A stretch of DNA of 64,000 bases from Antechinus flavipes (GCF_016432865.1 NC_067398.1:391902001-391966000), one strand, 5' to 3'; positions 39,961-53,500 are shown, numbered from the stretch's first letter. Notes: generated by a model not told the origin, from the sequence alone. Made by a program: numbers and translations.

Positions 39961-42771
39961 TCTTTTCATAGTGGAATAAACATAGCTAATAAAGATGGTA
40001 CAATTATTGCTGGTAATATATAATAATAAATTTAGATTGCATAAATGACTGGATTTGTTAGTGAATAAAATAAAGGATCATGTGCTGATGAACCTGCAAT
40101 GAAGGGTTTAAGGAAAATTGCATAATTAGAAATAAAAATGATGGAATAGGCTTCATCCTTAAATACAAGGTACAGAATGGAAAATACTAGTTTTTTTTTT
40201 TTAATTAAAAAGAATAATACTGTAAGCCTATATGTGATGTATTATGAAGATAGTGAAAATAAAATAGAAGTGCTCTCAAAATATAAAACTTGCCTATACA
40301 TTTCTGGTCTGTTTATTAATGTACACATTTTACAAAGTCCAGTATTTTTCAAAATAAGTTTTATGGCTATCATCTCATCTATCATATTTATTTAGTTGAT
40401 TTATTCAATAGTATCTTCCCCCCCAAAAAAATGCCTCAGGGCAAAATACAATTAAATCACTGGTGTATGTAAAATATTTAGAATGATTAGCTTTAGTAAT
40501 ATATATTTTATTTTTTAAAATATGAGAATATCATAAAATGGACACTTTTAATATCACTCAATGCAGGTTGGATATTTTACCAAAGCCAGTTTTATATAAT
40601 AGACTACAAAATAAGAACTAAGGAAGGCAGAGAATTCCATTGATGAGTCTGACAAACTTTTTAAAAAATCTGTCTTCAGTTCCATAGTTAGAGGCCTGAA
40701 ATTATAATTGTTGCTCTCTAGGGGAACAATCTGTGTGATTGTTTAATAAATCTCATAATGGTAAACAGAAGTGGGGTAGAACTCAGAATTATCAGAGATT
40801 CAGCTACTAAATCTCACATTGTATAAGTTCTATCTATTATGATCAATAGATATCTATTTTGGAGGATTTATGTGAGGTTAACGTTCTTCTCTTTCCTTTC
40901 CAGATCAAATCTATAGTGAGCAAATTAACAGTAAGGAAATTGCTTTTATCAGTACAAATTGGCAATTTCTCTCAACAGTCAGAAGATTTTCTTGTTGGGT
41001 CAAAGTTAAGGGATTTGCCCAAAGTTTCTTCCTCCACAGGCCACAAATCAAAGGTAGCAAAAGATTGGACAATAATATGAATTCTGTCAATAAAAAGACC
41101 ATCAATTTATATACTTCAAGCCAAGGGAAGTTAGGTGTAGAGTAGCTTTCTTGAGAATGCTTCCATTACTAATTATGCTGTATTTGATTGTGCCACCAAG
41201 TTAATTGTTTAATAATATAACTTGAGTACAACATTAGTAATTCTATAATGTGGTATTATTACTCTGAAGTATAAAAGCAGCAGAGTACTTGAAAATTTTT
41301 GGGCAGGCACATTGGGCATAACAATGATTCTAAAACTTTATAGTTTATTTTGAGAGGAAAATGTTCTAACAAGATGTGTACTTATGAATTCCTCTAGGGC
41401 CAATTCATAACAAGAGTTGGAAGTTAACATTTGGACTTTTCACTTTTTCATGCATATACATAATATTGTGCTTCAAATGTGGTGGTAGGGGCAGTTTTTT
41501 TTTTTTTTTCTTTTCTTTTTTCCGTCCAATAAAACATAACCACATTGCAGTTCGGAAGCTGGAATCGGACCCCAGGAATTGTGATTTGTCACTTCCTGCC
41601 GGTTTTAACACCCTGCTGTAGGTCGTGTTCCCACCCAGGCCGAAGTTATTTATTATACTTTTGTTACTTATGTAATGCAGTCCCGTTGAATGAAACAGTA
41701 TAAAGGAAACGAAACTGAAACTAGCTGCTTGGCAGCCAGGGTAAACTCCCGGGGCTCGTTGCTCAGCAGCGGGGCAGATCCACCCGCACGCAGGGCACGG
41801 AGAATGCCACTGCCAGGGCTTCTGGCTTAACCAGACCAAAGAGATTTTGAAAGCAGTCCGACGTAGGGAACTGTACCGGGGGCTGATGGAGGGTCTGACG
41901 AAGGGGGCCAATGAACTGCAATTTAGACGTTTTCCAAGTCAGGACACCGCGCTGCGGAGGCTTTAGCAGGCATTTGCTTGAGCCCAGCAGGGAGGAGAGG
42001 AAATTGAAGCGGCCGTTTGATGATAGCTATAAATCACAGCTTCTCGGGGACAAGCATCCCCGGGTCTAGCGTAGGCGGCACATGGCTCCAGTTATGACAG
42101 GGGGAGGAAGGCAGCTCGAAGGAAATTGCTGAGCGCTGAAGCTCACAATCAATGCGGGCCCTCATCCGCTTCTCTCCTCCCTCCTCAATGTAACAGCAAA
42201 AGCCCTGGCAGCTTTCATCACCTTCTCCTCTCTCCCCCCTACGGAATTAGGGCCCAGAATACGAGGCGTGGGGGTGGGGAATAGGACCCCTCCCTTCCCA
42301 GCTGCGCAGAAAGTTCCATCCAGAGGTGGTAGCTAAGGGGTCCCGCTGCGCAAGCGCACTTGAAAGCCGGGCGGGGTTGTAAAGGGACCTCGGTGCCGGC
42401 GTCTCGGCTTTTCTGAGAGGTTCCAAATGTTCCCGCTAGCAGACACCGCGCGCACGTCTCCCGGAATTGGCCCCAATCCCAACGTGTATCTGTGGGTGCC
42501 ATTCCAGTCCCCGCAGCGCGCATACATTCATATACACACACACATTAACCTCTTCCCCCTAGGCCAAGTCCATTTTAAAAGGAGCGCGGGTGAGCCGACT
42601 TCGAACCCTCCAGACACCACTCCGACACCCCCTCCCCAGCTCCATAGCCCCTCCCTGTCGCGTACTCCAACATCTTCCATCCAGTCTCCCCTCCGCCAGT
42701 CCCGAGAAGAGTCCTAGTGCGCAGTCGTGGTAACCTAGGCGGCCGAGTCTAGTGAGGATTTAAAATCGACA

Positions 42772-42885
42772 GCACATGCGCAGTACGAATTCTGTTGCCG
42801 GCGAGGGCGGCCCTCCCTACTCCCCCCTCCCCCTCCCTCTGCCCGCCCCCGGCCCCTCCTCCTCTTCCCCCCCTCCCCTCATTGG
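42772..42885 (+). promoter_or_regulatory. Probable core promoter motifs: NRF1-like GCACATGCGCA (42772-42782), GC box (42841-42849), inverted CCAAT (ATTGG, 42881-42885)
   Basis: Motifs read directly, in a combination typical of housekeeping CpG-island promoters. The TSS itself cannot be fixed from sequence. Confidence 0.5.
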
Positions 42886-43895
42886 AGCCTCGGCGGCGGC
42901 CTCCTTCTCGGTCTGGGTTCCTGCTCTGCGCTGCTGTCTTCTGGACTGTGTGCCCAAATAGCAGGGGCTGGAGAGTGACCGAGAAGCCCCGGGCTCCGGG
43001 TAGACGTAGCACGCCCGCCGCCCGGTCCCCTCCTCCGGGGCGTCCTGTGCCGGCTGCGCGGCGGCTGGGCCCGCCCCCTCGGCTGCCCCCCCCCTCCCCT
43101 TTCCCCCTCCCCTCCCGCCCCATTACAGATGGCCGCTCCCCCCGGCCTGTGGATAACGCCGCCGCCGCCGCCGCGGCCCCCGCTCCGGGGCGTGTGACTC
43201 GGGAACCCCTGAGAGAGCGAGCGAGCCAGAGACAGAGAGAGAAAAGCCGGAGCCGCCCGCCAGGAACGTGCCGAGCGCCGGAGTCCATCCGCGTCCCCGG
43301 CCTCGACCCTGCCGGTCCCGGCCCCGGCCTCTCAGGCTCACCCCAGCCCGGGCCCGACGCCTCCGCCACCGCCTGCTCTCCCTCCCCCTCCTCCCTTCCT
43401 CCTTCTCTCTGTCTCCCTCCCTTCTGCCTTTGCTCCCTCTCTCCTCCCACCCCGGCGGCGGCGGCCGAGACACCGACGGGGGAGGGCGAGTGAGCAGCCG
43501 GCCTGGAGCAGTGCTGGGGCCGGACCTCGCGGCCAGCAGCGCTCCGTGTCTGTCTGTCTGTCTGTCTTTCTCTGGGGGGGTGGGGGGTGGGTTTGTGTGT
43601 GAGTGTGTGTGAGCTTGGAGGGTGGGGGTGGAGGCGTTGGAACCGGGAGGGCAGGGCTGCGGGGCTGCGCTCCGCCGCCACCGCCGCCCGGGAGAGCCAG
43701 GGGGCGGGGTTGCTGCTGCTGCTCTTGCCGGCTGCCGAGCCTACTCTGTCTGGGGTGAGTGAGTGCCGGTCGGGTCTGTGAGTGTGAGTGAGTGTGTCGT
43801 GTGTGTGTGCGCGCGTGTGCAGGGGGTGGGGAGGGTTCGTGTGCTTGCAGTCGTCTCCGCTTGGGGAGGAGAGGCGGCCGGCGGAGAGAGAGTGA

Positions 43896-44879
<984 letters not shown>

Positions 44880-47800
44880 TGAGTAATGGCTTGTAGAGAG
44901 TGGACAGCATTCGAAGAGTTAAAGTAACGGGAACCTGGGGATGCAGGACGGGAAGTAATATTCTATTGCAGCTATAAATGTTAGGAAATGGTGTGCTAAC
45001 GTGTGTGTGTTTTGGGGGGAGGGGGAGTGACCTGCATATCCTAATGTACAGAGAAAGAAGGGGCTTAAGAGGCTGTGGTTATTTGGTTTCTTTCTGAAGT
45101 GCAAGACTTTTATGGGGGTGGTGGGGTGGTGGAGTACAGCAACGGATACTTGGTTATACAAAGTAATGTGGAACAAGCTATAAAAAGTGAGAGAGGTTGA
45201 GCATTAAGCCACAGTCCCATATGGAAAGCATTTATTCAAGTCACTATTTCCCCTATTGCTCTGGTGAAGAAAGGAAATTGAAGTGTTTAGAAAAGTGATT
45301 GTTATTAGAGTGGTTAGATTGCAAGGAGGTGCTTAAAAAAAAAAAAAAATTCTGCTCCTCGTTTGGCATAAACTCTCGAAAAAAGATCTGGTTGCTAGAT
45401 CTAAAAGGGATCCAGCAGAGAGAGTTGGACAGACACATGAATTGTAGAGTACCAGTCAAAAGTCATTTGTACTGATTCAGTATCGAGCTGCATGCAGTAC
45501 CTTGCTGTCGAATAATTTCGTTTGAAGTTATTTTCGTGAATTTAAAGGCAAATCAAATTGCTCTTTCCATTGAGATAAGCATGGTATAATTTACAACTAC
45601 TAACTTCAATTTGTCTTTTAAAGGAAAAGTTTCGATTTTAATATGATCATAACAGCTTAGATTACGAAACTAAAAGATGAAGGCAAAGCCTACTGGAGTT
45701 TTATATATGACTTTTCTACATTGGTACTGTGCAAAATTTCCTTGCTAATCACTTACGAATGGAATGGAATTTTTAATTTGTTTTCACTTTTTATATGTAA
45801 TACATCTAAGTATATGTTTTCTTAAAGGAAATTGGCATAAGGTTTTGATTTGTATAGATATTATGAAAACTGTTACAATCAAAAGTTTTTAAAGAAGTTT
45901 TAAAGACAAGAAAATTGGTGTGCATACTGCATTAAATGGGTATATTTTTCTGTAATAATGCAATTGAGTAGCCGAAAAGCTAATTCACGAGATACATCTT
46001 TCATTTTACAATAAACTGTGATTCAATGTTCATCCTTTGCATGAACAAACTGAAACAATAGTAGATCTTTAGTCTCAACTTTCATAGTCATTATTCCTCT
46101 TATTGGAAACTGACTGAAAATATTTATTTAATTTGCTTGAGAAGTTTTGTTGGGGGTGAATTCTGGTGAAAATATTGAAAACAGAAAATTCTCTCCTCCC
46201 CTCCTTCCCCTCCCCCCCCCCAAAAAAAAAGGTCTCCAGTTTGCTACTATTTTTCTGTAATGAGTGCTTAAAAGTATTCATCTCATTACCTATCTCCCAT
46301 TTTGGTATTTGTATGATTGAGAATTTTAAAGCAAAGACAAGACTCCTTCCCCCCTTTATTTGAGTTCACATCAATAAACATTTATTAATAAGTACTTCTT
46401 GGTGTAAAGCACAATGTTAACTGTTATGTTATGGACAGTTAACATTTGTCACTGTCTTCCCAAGCAATCAAGATAATAAACCAAATTCAACATAGAAATT
46501 ATAATCTTAAAACTTTTAAACCTTAAAGGAGACACATCTAGATTTTTCAGCATTTATTAAGAACAGTGATTATTTTTTGCCCTATTAGATGTGTTGACAA
46601 AAAGCAATAGTGAAGGATTCTTTTTAAACTAGGTCTATTTTTCTGTGTTTTTAAAAATCAGTTTAAGTTAAGTGGAATGCTTGGAAATTGATACTTGAAA
46701 GTATGCATGATACATTATAACTACATGCCCATAATTTGTTTCATTTGGTTTGAATTTGAAGTTTAAATCTGTGGCTATTGAGAATTCTTAGTGGGATGAT
46801 GAGAGCTTTTAAATTTTTATTTTTTTAGGGCTTCCTCAGGAGAAATTGGATTTAAAAATTTAAGTAATGTAGTATTTATACATTTTGAACATCCAAATGT
46901 ACTTACAAATTAAAATATTTAAATAGAATTTATTTGATAAAACACATATGGCCTATATTGTTCAGTGACATCTTATTTGCATCTTATTTACTATCCATCT
47001 TGGGAAGCATGTTCTAGGTTTGGAGTTGTTTATGACTTGCATACACGTCAGAGCTCTGCTAAATGATTCTGCTGATTCTATCCTGTTCCCAAGTTGTTCT
47101 TTCTGTTGTGTTTGTTTATCATTACTTACCTATCACCTGCCAAGTAGCAGGACATTTTGTGGTACATGGTACACGGCTTATGCCACTACTAGAGTTAGTG
47201 GTATAAATGCTGAACATCTGTCAATTCTAGTGAGGCCCAAATTGCTTAGAGACTTTTATCTAAAAAGTGTGACCTTCTCAAGAATTCACACTTTCCCCTG
47301 TTTCCTTTGATGCTTCCATATATTATTGTAAACTGAAGGCAAGCTCACTTTTGCATTAAAGAAAAGGAAGATTGATGGCTTGTCACCTACTTCCTGAAGG
47401 GGCTGAGTAAGCAGAAAGCTTTTTTATGTTCTCCATGTTACCTATACTGCTTCAATAATGTACAAAAATCTGGAAGTAGAAAATCAGAGTTGTTTTTAAA
47501 ATTAAGGTAGAAAAGACTACGGGTTAATTGTTATCCAGTTTGATATGTGGAAAAACCTAAGCTAGTCATAAACTATTTCTGAAGCTTCTGCCTTGGGGGG
47601 TTGAACCTGACTGTGACTTGTATAAATAGCTAATGTGATAGTTTAGCACTACAAAGAGTCTAATCCACTTGAGCCTCGGAAGGATCTAAACAGAAATAAG
47701 CATAGATAAAACTTTGGAATTTTCAATTGCTTAATTAGTCAGCTGTGGAGGACTAGAAGTTGAAATTGCTTGTCTCCTTGGTAGATCGAAGTTGTGGGAT

Positions 47801-49419
47801 TCAAATAAAGACTTATGGCTCTAATCCATAGGGGAATTGGACATTTGCCTGGTGGCCTATGTAGCAACCTGTACTTTTCTGGAAAAGTATAAGGGGAGAT
47901 TCAGCAGGAGCTTTCTATCATCAGAACAAGTGGTTGGCATTATGAGTATTTGCCCAATCTACTTTGTGGAATTAATTGAATCTTGATTGTGATAAGGGAA
48001 AAACAGTCAAAAGGTAAAAAGAACAGAGCAAAGGGGAATTTTCAGAAAAACAGGGGATAGGTAAAATGTTTTCCTGGGTTTTGCTAATCTATATTGATCT
48101 TATTGGTCTATTTTACATTTAAAAAGGCTGTTGGGGAATAGTTGATAGTATTTGAAAATAAGGGGAAAAAAAGGTTAAAATTGTGGCTGAAAGAAATTTT
48201 GTCAGTGTTACTAAAAAATCTAGTACCCAGTCCTACTTCTGAACTACCCTGGGTTAATGCCTAGTATTGCTTGGTCTATTTGTTTGTTTGTTTGTTTTTT
48301 AATACCTTGACTTTTTTTTTTTAACCTATCTCCCTACCACCCTAACAGTCTGTGAATGGTTATGTGAATTTTTGCTTCATAAGTCAGTAAAGTATAAGGA
48401 GAATCTGTGTATGAGGAGGATGAGGAGAAGCTAGTTATTTATTAAATAGTAAAGCCCCCCCTGACCCCCCCCCCCAAAAAAAAAAAAGAATAACTATTAT
48501 AAGGAATCTACCAGGTATTTCTGAGATAGAAGTAGGGTCAGTGTCTTGTATGTTTCATTCCATTTTGTAGGGGTTGGGGATGTTTTGAAACTAAACAATC
48601 GATAATTCACAAAAAACAAACCTGTAGTATTTGTTTTGTAGTTGTTGAACTTAATGAATATAATCATGTGTCATATATTTAATTAGTGGTTATTGATTGC
48701 AACAGTTTTTATATTTAGATCTTGTTAACTCTTGAAAATATTTAGTTTGATTTGTATTTTAATCCATTTACTGGGGAAAAAAGTACTGTTTTATAATGTT
48801 TGTTCAATACATTATGTGATGGGGAAAAAAGATCATTTGGATGTAAGAGAAAAATAGTTTTAAATTTACTTATAACCTCTATGTGTTGAATTGTTTTTAT
48901 CTTTTTGATTTAAAAAAAGCAAGGAACTTGAAAACACTCATTCTCTCTCCTTTCTCCCTTTTGGACTCTACCTTTATTTATTCTTTACAAATATTTTATT
49001 TCCTTTTTATGACAGATATCAGTATTATATTTTATGTTTTGTCTCAAAATGCTTAGTGATACCTCATTATGTTAATTATACTTTAAATATTTAACAAGGT
49101 GCTTTTTTTTTAACATTTTTACATTTTTTTTAAAACTTTAACCTTTTTTTCTGTAATCAATGTATATGTATAGATTCCATATGTATTTTATAATTTGATT
49201 CAGTAATTAATTGATATGTAGTGTGTTAAATGGAATGAATTCTCTTATGGCTTTATTTTGTAGAAGAGGCAATAATCATTTTGCATATGAGGAAGCTGTT
49301 GTACAGAAAGGAGTAAAGTGATTTACTCAGTCAAACTTGATAGAATCTGCATCCTATTTTCCTAAAAATATATAAACAGAATTTTTTTTTCAAATGATCC
49401 ACAATAGTGACATTTTAGG

Positions 49420-49610
49420 AATACCTAGGTAGTGCAATGGATAGGAAGACTTTAGTTCAGATCCTACCTCATATTCTAGTTGGGCAAATCATTTAACCCT
49501 GTATGCCTCAGTTCCTCTTCTGTTAAAATAAGCTAGAGGAGATGGTGAATCAGATCTTTGCCAAGAAAACTCCAAATGGAGTTAGAAAGAGTTGAAACAC
49601 AGAAACAACG
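49420..49610 (+). mobile_element. Mar1-like CORE-SINE (degenerate)
   Basis: CORE followed by ATCTTTGCCAAGAAAACTCCAAATGGAG. Confidence 0.75.
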
Positions 49611-50581
49611 AACTGATGTTTTATTTCAGAAATTGACTGTTTTGGATCAATAAGGTGCCATTTATTTTACAAATACTCATATACTCCAGTCCTTACTCCA
49701 GATCTTACTCCTCAGTTTTCTTCTTTAGGTGGAAATAAACAGGGCCTTTGTGGTATAATAAAAACTGTAGTGGGGTTAGAATAATAAATTCTGGTTCAAG
49801 TTCAAGTTATGTTTAATAAATTAGTATGATATCTGGCAAGTCATGATTTCTCTGAATTTTAGTTTCATCATCTATAAAATTTAGAAGGTTTCTTAAAGGC
49901 TCAAAGTCTATGATAAACTGACCCTTCCTGATCTTTTACAATAGATGTCTATTGGTGCTACATGCTACTGAAAACATGTCCATTCGTTTGAATGGACAAG
50001 TGAGAGAACTGGAAAATAATACAATATGGGGAAAATTTCCCTAGAACATCAGACTTGAATTTTTATATAATAAGAGACTAATATTCCCTCATTGTTGAAG
50101 ACAGTTCTTGTTCATTTGTTGCCCAGTGATTTTTCTAAGGTTTAAATTCTAATTCTATACAGTACTTACACATTCTTTTGGTTATTACAAAAATTATACC
50201 TTTTTTTTCTTGTCATTATAGCATAACTACTAGCTATATGATCTTAAGCAAGTTATTTATTTTCCTTTGCTTCCCCTCCGAAACAACAATAAAACTCTCA
50301 ATTAGTGTTGGTAAACTAATTTTGTAATTTGAAATATAAAATATAGAAAGTAGGAAGTTTTCTAAAAGTAACTAATCTTATCAGATGAAAAAAATTGTAT
50401 TTAGGTGTATTTCATGGAACTGAGAGGTAATGGATATAGTGGGAAAAAGGTAGATTTTAAAATTAGGTTGTTGGGGTTTGAGTTCTGTCACAAAATGTGT
50501 CCATTACTATTTATATAGTCCAGGATAATCCATTTCATCTTTTAGAGCATCAGGTTGCTCTTCTTTAAGATGGGTATGATA

Positions 50582-50741
50582 GGGGGTAACTACTTGATGC
50601 AGTGGTTAGAGCACTTGCCAGTCCTGAAGTCAGGAGGACCTGAGTTCAAATGTGACCTCAGACATAACACACTTCCTAACTATGTGACCCTAGGCAAGCC
50701 ACTTAACCCCAATTGCTTCAGCAAAACAAAACAAAAAAACA
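50582..50741 (+). mobile_element. WSINE1-like SINE with perfect 12-bp TSD
   Basis: A- and B-box head, CORE and A-tail; TSD ATGGGTATGATA at 50570-50581 and 50742-50753. Confidence 0.92.
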
Positions 50742-50919
50742 ATGGGTATGATAAAATTTTAACTGGATTGTGAAGAAAGTGCTTTGCAAACTTTAATTGC
50801 TAATTAGATGTAGTGATTATGGTTTTTGGATTAAATCAGGTGATACAGAAAATAACTTAAAGACATTCAAGTTATTACCCTCTCAGTTGTGGCCAAGTGA
50901 CTTTCTGGAGAGAGTTGGA

Positions 50920-51140
50920 ACAACAACAGTTTGTAACTTATTATTTTTTTAATGGAGTGTCATGGATCCCTTTGTCAGTCTAATGAAGCCAATGGATTCC
51001 TCAAAATAATATTTTTAAACAATTTCATAAAGAAAGGAAATGCTAAATTTGACTTAGAGTTTAATGAAAATAAAGATGTATATTTTTTTCAGTCTAAGTT
51101 CATGGACATCCTGAAATCCAAGTCCATAAATCCTAGATCA
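50920..51140. mobile_element. Ancient hAT-Charlie-type MITE (MER113-like)
   Basis: GTCATGGATCCCTTTGTCAGTCTAATGAAGCC...AAGGAAATGCTAAATTTGACTTAGAGTTTAATGAAAATAAAGATGTA...GTTCATGGAC; family assignment from memory. Confidence 0.55.
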
Positions 51141-51329
51141 AGAATCCCTGGAATAATCTCAGAAATCCTTGCCAGCACAATTTATGTTTTTGTTATCATT
51201 AATCTCTTTCCCTTTGGTTCCTTCTCATCTGCTTTTGTATATATCGAAATCTTCTCATCCTAAAAAAGTCTTCCTTATATCCTCTCAATCTTCTTTTTAA
51301 CACTAACTTCTTGGAAAAAATAGTCTATG

Positions 51330-51720
51330 CTACATTTCTATTTACCCCATTACTTCTGTTCATCAGCTTTTGCAGTCCTGTTTTCAGTAGGTGTACCCTA
51401 CTATTCTGCTGAATCCATTCTCTTGATTACTCACTTCTCACCAAATTTAATGACCAAATTTTGTAATTGTTGATTTCTGACAGTCCTCTCCCTAGGATAT
51501 GCTTTCTTCCTAAACAAAATAATATTCATTCTCATTGTCTCTCTTGAATACCTTTTTCTAACTTCAGTGATTCATTTTCCCAGTCTTTTAACAATGGTGT
51601 TTCTCAAGGCTGGTGCTTTGACCCTTCTGTTTTCTCCATTCATTCCCTTGACAACTTAATTTACTTTCATAGTTTTACCTATTGCCTCTCTGCAGATGCC
51701 TTTCAAAACTATATCTCCAG
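51330..51720 (+). mobile_element. L2 RT fragment
   Basis: GGTGTTTCTCAAGGCTGGTGCTTTGACCCTTCTGTTTTCTCC...CTCTCTGCAGATG is a decayed GVPQGSVLGPLLF...YADD region. Confidence 0.75.
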
Positions 51721-52229
51721 ATTAACATTTAACTTAATTCTACAAGTTAGTGATGGGTCTTTGATCTTTTAGATTTGATAGGTTTAGTGATGCGGATCTT
51801 AATTGATCCATACCTGTGTCATTCTTTTCTATGCTTTCCTATTAGTTTAGTATGGGATCTAATCACAATGGTTAAGGACTTCCTCTAATCCTCTTGACAT
51901 TCCAGGGGTACTTGTGAGGCACTATGACTTTCTACTTGTGATTCCTAAATCTTGTCATATAACTAGCCCATCTTATACAGTTTATTTATATGGCATCTTT
52001 TATTCCTATTTTTCCTCAAAATTTCTCAGTAATTATATTTCTGCTTAGGACCACCACATTCTTCTCCATTGTTCTTTGTGTGATAATAATTTGTAATTCT
52101 TTAGAAGCACATTAGTATTAGGTTGAACATCTGATGATGATTTTTCCCTTACCTTGGCTACCCATGAAACAATCCTGACCCCAAGGAGATAGCATTCAAC
52201 AAGATAAAAACAAATTATAAATACAAAAT

Positions 52230-53500
52230 GCATATGCATTCAAATGCCAATATAAAATATATTTGAAATAATTTTGGGGTGAGGAAAGAATATTAACAAC
52301 TAGGGCATTAGGAAAGGCACTTGGTCAGAGACTTGAAAGGAGCCTTACTATACTGATAGGCAGTAAATAGTAAGAAGGAATAAATTCCAGGAATGGGAGG
52401 AGACCATAGAGACTGGAGATAGAAGGTCACATGTGGAAAGTATCTAGTTCTGTTTGTCTGGAATGTAAACTATATGGTGAGTGAGAAGGAGGGAAATGAA
52501 CATGAAATTGATATGGAAAGATTGAAGGGGCCAGTGTCAAATGCTTAATTAGCAGAATTTCTAATTCTATGTTAGAGATAATAGCTAATGAGCAAAGCTT
52601 TTTGAGGTGGGAAAAGTCGTGGTCAGATTTATACTTTATAAATATCAGATTGGTAGCAATGTGGAGGATAATTGATGAAGGAGAGATTTGTATCAGGGAG
52701 ACCAGTTAAGAAACTTGCAAAATCCAGAGGAGTGGGCCTGAACTAGAGTGGTGACTGTGTGATAAAAGGACAGATCACAAAGTTGTTGGTGGTAGAATTG
52801 ACATAATTTGACATCTGACTGGGAATAGGGTAAAGTAGTAAGGTAGAGTATAGAATCAAACATAATTTTGAAATTGTGAACTTAGATTGTGAATCTGGTT
52901 GACTGAAAGAATAATGGAATCCTTATCAGAGAGAGAGAAAATTAAAAAGTGGATTTTCCCTTGTGAAAAGAAAAGGGGAAAAATACATTTTGTTTTGATT
53001 ATATTTGAGATGTTTGTGGTATATACAGGTTGTGATTCCTAGCAGAAATTTGGTGTAGTAGGATTTAAGAGAGATAGGAGGGCTTATTATTATTATGCAC
53101 AGTGCATGGCAAATCACATTCATTTAAAAATGCTTAAAATCTTCATAGAGATGAATATTGAACCCATAAGAGCTAAGTAAGATCACAATGGAAATAGAGA
53201 ATAGAAAATGAAGATGCAGCTCTTTGATATGAGCTTATATAGGATTTAGATTAGATAATGAGCCAGTCAAAGATAATGAGAGAAAAGAGATATTTAGAAA
53301 GAAGTGTCACAAAACCCTAAGGAACAGAAGTGTTCTGTAGGAGGGGAATGATCAATTCTGAGAGAGGTTAAAAAAGTTAAGAACTGAGAATAGGACCTTG
53401 GAATTAACAACTGAGATCATCAGTAGGCTTGATGAAAGCAGTTTCAGTTCAATAGGGTCAAGAAGACAGATTTCAGGGTTAGGATGTGAACTTATAGGAT
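52230..53500 (-). mobile_element. L2 fragment
   Basis: Long purine-rich antisense L2 stretch ending in GAAAGCAGTTTCAGTTCAATAGGG...GGGTTAGGATGTGAA. Confidence 0.72.

Noticed and set aside
1-41500. SRD5A1 3' exons, expected upstream of TENT4A from human synteny (recalled)
   Set aside because: No sequence encoding GLFEYV.AANYFGE or YPKFRK.IIPF-like peptides was seen; the gene probably lies further upstream of the window.
42727-42743. RFX X-box-like GTAACCTAGGCGGC
   Set aside because: Too many mismatches in the right half-site to call.
46200-48490. Two C-run/A-run junctions (46212-46230 and 48456-48487)
   Set aside because: Simple mononucleotide runs with no shared flanks.
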